Shown piece by piece: positions 57,530 to 64,000 of a stretch of 64,000 bases of DNA. The stretch spans positions 75,268,001 through 75,332,000 of the forward strand of contig OZ024746.1 of the NCBI GenBank assembly GCA_964016885.1, written 5' to 3'. Positions within the stretch are counted from its first letter, which is position 1. Each line of letters begins with the position of its first letter. This DNA comes from Eledone cirrhosa (lineage: Eukaryota). The notes beneath the pieces are model-generated. The model made no database searches. It was not told the origin of the DNA and saw only the letters and a list, made by a program, of their open reading frames with translations. The translations under genes and the position numbers were made by a program.

Positions 57530-59084
57530 ATAATATATATATATTATATATATATATAATATATATATATTATATATATATATTATATATATATATAATA
57601 TATATATATTATATATATATATAATATATATGTATTATATATATATATAATATATGCGGGTGTGGATTGGCAGTATCGGTAGAGAGTCGGACGCCATGCT
57701 TTCCAGCATAGTTACGTCCTCCCTTTACAGTGTGAGTTCAAATCCCGCCGAGGTTAACTTTGCCTTTCATCCTTACGGGGTCGATAAAATAAAGTACCAG
57801 TAATGTACTGGATAATTGATGGCCTTGTGCCAAAAGTAGAAACAATTATATATATATATAATATATATATATTATATATATATATCATATATATATATTA
57901 TATATATATATAATATATATATGTTATATATATATATGATATATATATATTATATAAATATATAATATATATATATTATATATATATATAATATATATAT
58001 ATTATATATATATATAAAACATATATATAATATATATATATTATATATATATATAATATATATATATTATATATATATATAATATATATATATTATATAT
58101 ATATATAATATATATATATTATATATATATAATATATATATATTATATATATATATATTATATATATATATATATTATATATATATATAATATATATATA
58201 TAATATATATATATTATATATATATATTATATATATATATAATATATATGTATTATTATATAATATATATATATTATATATAATATATATATATATATGT
58301 AATATATATATATAATATATATATATTATATATATATATATATAATATATATATATAATATATATATATAATATATATATATTATTATATAATATATATA
58401 TATTATATATATATATTATATATATATATAATATATATATATTATATATATATATTATATATATATATATATAATATATATATATTATATATATATATTA
58501 TATATATATAATATATATATATTATATATATAGATAATATATATATATTATATATATATATATAATATATATATATAATATATATATATTACATATATAT
58601 ATAATATATATATATTATATATATATATATAATATATATATATTATATATATATATAATATATATATATTATATATATATATAATATATATATATTATAT
58701 ATATATATTATATATATATATTATATATATATATAATATATATATATTATATATATATATAATATATATATATTATATATATATATAATATATATATATT
58801 ATATATATATATATAATATATATATATTATATATATATATAATATATATATATATAATATATATATATTATATATATATAATATATATATATTATATATA
58901 TATAATATATATATATAATATATATATATTATATATATATATTATATATATAATATATATATAATATATATATATAATATATATATATTATATATATATA
59001 TTATATATATATAATATATATATATTATATATATATAATATATATATATTATATATATATATATTATATATATATATATAATAT

Positions 59085-59147
<63 letters not shown>

Positions 59148-59179
59148 TATATATATATAATATATATATATTATATATA

Positions 59180-59227
<48 letters not shown>

Positions 59228-59240
59228 TATATATAATATA
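57350..59240. repeat. (TA)n field interrupted mainly by AAT/ATT phase shifts
   Basis: Direct inspection. Confidence 0.9.
57655..57848 (+). mobile_element. tRNA-derived SINE with Nin/Deu-like central domain (representative copy)
   Basis: A-box-like TGGCAGTATCGG, B-box GAGTTCAAATCCC, core CTTTGCCTTTCATCCTTACGGGGTCGATAAAATAAAGTACCAG; other copies ~3612-3760(-), 4908-5092(-), 11812-11885(-), 24490-24610(+), 29410-29520(+), 34592-34790(-), 35677-35860(+), 36163-36370(+), 37231-37412(+), 41313-41497(-), 63885-64000(-). Confidence 0.8.
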
Positions 59241-59440
59241 NNNNNNNNNNNNNNNNNNNNNNNNNNNNNNNNNNNNNNNNNNNNNNNNNNNNNNNNNNNN
59301 NNNNNNNNNNNNNNNNNNNNNNNNNNNNNNNNNNNNNNNNNNNNNNNNNNNNNNNNNNNNNNNNNNNNNNNNNNNNNNNNNNNNNNNNNNNNNNNNNNNN
59401 NNNNNNNNNNNNNNNNNNNNNNNNNNNNNNNNNNNNNNNN
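59241..59440. other. Assembly gap (200 N)
   Basis: Run of N. Confidence 1.
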
Positions 59441-59517
59441 TATAAATTTACAAATCTACAAATTTATAATTTTCTGGTTGGTTGGTTGGTTCCACAACCA
59501 GATAGTGGTTTATATAT

Positions 59518-59562
59518 AGTCATAGTCCTTTCGTCACACACTCTGTGACCTCTTCAGTGACT
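59518..59562 (-). ncRNA. Type I hammerhead ribozyme in PLE 3' UTR
   Basis: AGTCA-CTGAAGA-gGTCACA gagtg TGTGAC-GAAAG GA CTA-TGACT. Confidence 0.78.
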
Positions 59563-59768
59563 GGGGATTCCTTTCTTTGTTTCTGTGCCTTTCCTTTCTT
59601 CTGTCCTACGCCATTTTGTTTCTGTGTGTGTGTTGTGTGCTCAGTTTGCGCATGCGCCACATCCGGGTGTCTGTGTGTGTTTGTGTTCATTTATCTATTT
59701 GTTTATTTATTTACATGTTATTGGTTGGTTGCTTGTTCTATGTGTGTGTGTGTGTTTTCATTTTGTCC

Positions 59769-61181
59769 TTAATTGTAAGTTGTGATGTTGCTGTTCCACT
59801 CATATTTTCTATTTAATTTTGGTTGTAATTCTTTTATGTTTATTGCCTCTGTAATTTGTCTGAACATTGCATCTTTTCTGTGTGTAGATTCTATTTTTAT
59901 TTCTATGTTCTCTAATTTACCCTTGTGTTCTATCTTAGCATGTTGGTAGAGTACAGATGATTCTTTATTATCTTGAAGGTCTCGCCAGTTTTCATGTATC
60001 CGTTCCCCTATACTACGAGCCGTCTCACCTATGTACACTATATTTTTGTTTCTACATTGTCCTTCAGTACATCTTATGCTATACACTACATTTCTAGTTT
60101 TACAGTTAATATGGGGGCTTATTTTACAGGTTATACATTTCTTATCTATACATGAGGGTCTTTGGAACGGGTATGTCTTGCTAATAAGTGTTTTTACGGA
60201 GGTACCTGGCCTTTCTACTATCTTAATATTGAGTTTATGTTTATTTAGGGTCCTTCTAAATTTGTAGGCTAGTTCGCCTCTAGGGGTTGTATCGATGAAC
60301 ATTACACTCTGGTATTTATTGCTATCATACCATGAGTTTATTCTATTGGCCTTGTTCTTAGTTCTTTCTATTCTATTCCAAAATTTGCTACTATACAAGG
60401 GGCAGGTCCCATTTACGTCATTATTTACCATTTTTTCCCATTTGGTTCTGGCTCCTCTGTACACTCTGATTCTATCTCTATGATTGTAGCCAGAGAACTG
60501 CATACGGTGGATGAAGTGTTGTATGTGTCTCTCTAGTTCTTCGGGGTTGCACATGCGGGACACATTTCTCATCACCCGTACCAAATCCGCAATCAGTATG
60601 TTGATTTTGGTATGGTCCGAAATGGCCGAGTTTCGGTGGATCAGATGTTTGGAAGTCATGGGTTTGGCATAATGGGAATGGAGGATTTGTTTTTGGTTGT
60701 TAATGGTATCTAACCAGAGCTCTGTGTCTAGTACAGGTAATCGACGGTTGGGGTGTCTACTTGGGTAGTCTATAGTAACTCTAATGCTCTGGTGGATGGA
60801 GTTTGCTATTTGCTGGATGCTTTCCATTGTGTTTTTCTCTAGTTCCTGACTGTTCTCTAGTGGGGGTGTCTTAACTACGATGTTTATATCATCTACGTAG
60901 CGGGAGTACATTATCAGGGTTAAGCTGTCTTCTAATTGTTCTTTAAGTTTAAGTTTAAGTTTAAGTCTACTGTCCCACCATGCCATGAATAAGTTAGCTA
61001 TGTCGCCTGCAATGCTAACACCAATGGCTGCTCCTTCCTCTTGGGCATATGTTTTTCCATTAAATTTGAACATATGTTCCTTAAGGGTTAATTTTATGCT
61101 GGCCCCTACCGCATGTGCAATCATTTTCTTCAGTTCATCGTGGTTTTCGGGTGTCCGTATGGCTCTGGTCCACCGTTCCAT
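59769..61181 (-). pseudogene. PLE RT/GIY-YIG ORF, main fragment (470 aa)
   Basis: QEEGAAIG, RYVDD, LPVLD, HYAKPM thumb region, Cys cluster, NVVYSIRC...YIGETARSIGERIHE, EAINI...LNRKYE. Confidence 0.85.
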
Positions 61182-61793
61182 CTATCTGTGTGGGTTTTCT
61201 TTGCCATTGAGGTAATGGTAGGTGGTCTGCCTCTTGCTGGTCTTGTAGGGCACAGGTTGCTAAGGTCATATGTGTCTAGGTAACTATTACTATGGGTAAG
61301 CTTAAGTAGAAGTCCCAGCTCACTGGTATCAATCCCACGGAATTCAACATTGCTCTCACTGATCATTTCTACGCATTTCTCCACAGCAAAATCCACGTCA
61401 ATAGATGGATACAGGGACACAAACATCCATTCTGCCTATTATGCAGTTTGTTAGGTCCCTAGATCGGTTACTCACGCCGATTCTGCTGAGGAGGTCCTCC
61501 GTGCTGTCACATACATCTGGGGACATCTCAATGATGGGGCGTATGATCAGGGAGAGGAAGTAGGACAGTCTGTAGTTACTAGCAATGTTAGCTCCACAGA
61601 CTGGCCGTGTTGGTGGTCCCGTGACAGGGTCACTGCTCGTTTTATGGTCTTTTCGAAGCCCATACAACGCTGGCACGTCATTGTTCCAGGCCTGGAAATA
61701 TATACATACATATATATATACATATATACATATATATATATATACATATATACATATATATATATTTATATATATATATATATATAAATATAT

Positions 61794-61870
<77 letters not shown>

Positions 61871-61873
61871 GAA

Positions 61874-61961
<88 letters not shown>

Positions 61962-62387
61962 AAAGACGAATGTGGTGTAATATTAGGAAAGAAGTGAATG
62001 TAAAATAAATGAATATACGAAATAAATGAAATAAAATGCAACATCCATGTAAGTTAACTGATGTAAACTAAATAAAAATAGACAAACATGTAGTTAACTA
62101 CAACTATAAATTTCAATGACACGAGAAATAAGATTCCTGTATGCAAACTGACGGTTTTATACTGATTTTCCACATGTATTCATGCAAATACGGACGCTTC
62201 GTTTAATCAAAACATCTGGTTTATAGAATTATTACTTTCACTTTAATATAAGGATTTACTTATATGTATATAGTATCTACATATGTATGTATATATACAG
62301 AAGAACATAAAATGTAATGTTAATAAGAAACATGGGCAAACTAATGCATAGACAGGCACATACACAGACACACGCATACATACATAC

Positions 62388-62837
62388 ATGGTGGCTGCCA
62401 ACTCGTTTTCGAGTACGGCCACTACTTTATATCCATGTAGGAGAACCCCTACCGATGCGCTGAACGAGTGTGACTTTTTAGTCCAGCCAGCGACTTGAAA
62501 ACTCTGGTACAAACACTACACTTGTGACAAATATTGACACATAGTGCTGGGCCCATGGTACCATGTGACGACAAGTGCAGAGATCTCCAGATATAAAGCA
62601 ATGCCTGTGCCGTGAAGCTTTTATAGTGAGCAAAGGCACTGCACAAAGCCAGTCCCACTCTCTTAACCAAGATGATATTTACCAAAAAGAAGAACAAGTC
62701 AACATCATTGGATACCATCAGGGCTGCATACATAGATACATACATGGTGGCTGCCAACTCGTTTTCGAGTACGGCCACTACTTTATATCGATGTAGGAGA
62801 ACCCCTACTGATTGCCTGAACAAGTGTGACTTTTTAG
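62388..62837 (-). mobile_element. Two tandem 5'-truncated copies of the RTE-derived element (62388-62723, 62744-62837)
   Basis: Same 3' end motif; short CATA spacer. Confidence 0.8.
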
Positions 62838-62908
62838 AAGCTTCCAACAGTAATGGTTGCATTCTTTAAGGGAATGTCAAAATTTATTTATAAAACTGAT
62901 CTATATTA

Positions 62909-62973
62909 TATTTTATCTGATGAAAGCACACCATAATTTAACTTGGTGTCCTTGAAATATGTATAATGAAATA
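62909..62973 (+). ncRNA. Type I hammerhead ribozyme (same family as 37626)
   Basis: Sequence similarity over 62850-63100 to the 37435-37820 element. Confidence 0.7.
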
Positions 62974-63120
62974 AATATGGTTTTATAAATATAGTTTCCA
63001 TTTGTTAATATCGTATTTTTACTCCAAATATTTGTTGAGTGCTTTATATCAGTTATAAAAATATTTGCTTGTTGTATCCCAACAATTTAATAGAACTCTT
63101 ATATATATATATATATGAAA

Positions 63121-63308
63121 AGGTATGACCCCGACGGCAGAGCTCAAGCCGTTTCGACGGCTATTTCTGAGTCCAGAAATAGCCGTCGAAACGGCTTGAG
63201 CTCTGCCGTCGGGGTCATGCCTTTTCCTATTACCTACTCTACTACCCTAAGTATTGAGTACTCTGGTGCGTTATGGTCCATCTGGTTCCTTACCACTATT
63301 CCTTCGTT
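63121..63308 (+). mobile_element. Fold-back mini-element, same family as 13415
   Basis: Near-perfect hairpin 63123-63219 plus the shared tail. Confidence 0.7.
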
Positions 63309-63464
63309 ATATATATATATATATATATATACATAGATAGATAGATTTATTTATCCTGGGTTCAATCGGAGGTAACCACAGTAAGTAAGGTACTCAATAC
63401 ATAGCAGAGTATAAATATTTAATATAGAAATGGGTTCTACAGGACTAGAACTGTTTCATTCGGG

Positions 63465-63513
63465 GCTTCCTGATGATTTCTCCCAAATGAAACAGTTCTA
63501 GTCCTGTAGAAGC
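63465..63513 (+). ncRNA. Type I hammerhead ribozyme with full stem III
   Basis: GCTTC-CTGATGA-TTT ctccc AAAT-GAAACAG ttctagtc CTGTA-GAAGC; relatives at ~27050-27095 and ~43494-43537. Confidence 0.75.
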
Positions 63514-63541
63514 TATTTCTATATTAAATATATTATATATG

Positions 63542-63625
<84 letters not shown>

Positions 63626-64000
63626 GTGTGTATGTGTATGTATATTAGCATTAACGTAACGGGGTTCATAATCGAGGTGTATATAAAGGCATATACGATA
63701 TGCCTATGTACAATCAACATACATGGGTCTCCCTATGAATATTTTAAACTGTGATCACGTTACAACTATCTTTGTAGCCGTGTGAGAATGCCAGAAACAT
63801 ATTTCTGGGGTTTTATTCGTCATTAGTGTCATTTACTAACTCAGAACTGAAAGTAGAATAAGCTATAGCTTATATATTGATATAATTGTTTCTACTTTTG
63901 GCACAAGGCCAGCAATTATCCCAGTGTATTACTGGTACTTTATTTTATCGACCCTGTAAGGATGAAAGGCAAAGTTAACCTCGGCGGGATTTGAACTCAG

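Larger units (their letters stand above)
59441..61697 (-). mobile_element. Second, divergent Penelope-like element (RT + GIY-YIG, two frameshifts, 3' UTR with hammerhead)
   Basis: ORF pieces 61398-61697 (LYGLRKDHK...PTRPVCG), 61130-61426 (SLYPSID) and 59769-61181; HHR at 59518-59562; 3' end runs into the N gap. Confidence 0.85.

Noticed and set aside
57655-57760. tRNA gene
   Set aside because: A/B boxes belong to a SINE head followed by the Nin-like core; no cloverleaf
62449-62530. C2H2 zinc finger as a host ZNF exon
   Set aside because: Part of a dispersed retroelement 3' end and frameshifted in several copies

Overview
AT-rich eukaryotic (animal) genomic DNA with no recognisable host protein-coding gene. 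The extreme (TA)n/(CA)n/(CATA)n microsatellite density and the Nin/Deu-domain SINEs suggest a cephalopod such as Octopus (inference). Nearly all long ORFs in the track are microsatellite artefacts, and the real content is transposon-derived. It includes: (i) an apparently intact Merlin/IS1595-type DNA transposon with 61-bp TIRs in a (TA)n tract; (ii) three Penelope-like retroelement (PLE) pieces with RT and/or GIY-YIG domains; (iii) fragments of RLE-type, CRE-like, RTE and Tx1/L1-like LINEs; (iv) a ~610-bp non-autonomous RTE-derived element (9 copies or fragments) and many SINEs; (v) three homogeneous minisatellites (90, 54 and 36 bp); (vi) a 200-N gap. The most striking signal is a dense set of short non-coding elements from about 10 unrelated families. 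They carry type I hammerhead ribozyme motifs, sit inside (TA)n tracts, and are repeatedly built as 'tails-out' fold-backs. One is a 469-bp circularly permuted, retrozyme-like monomer. All alignments and folds were done by eye, so boundaries are approximate to a few bases.
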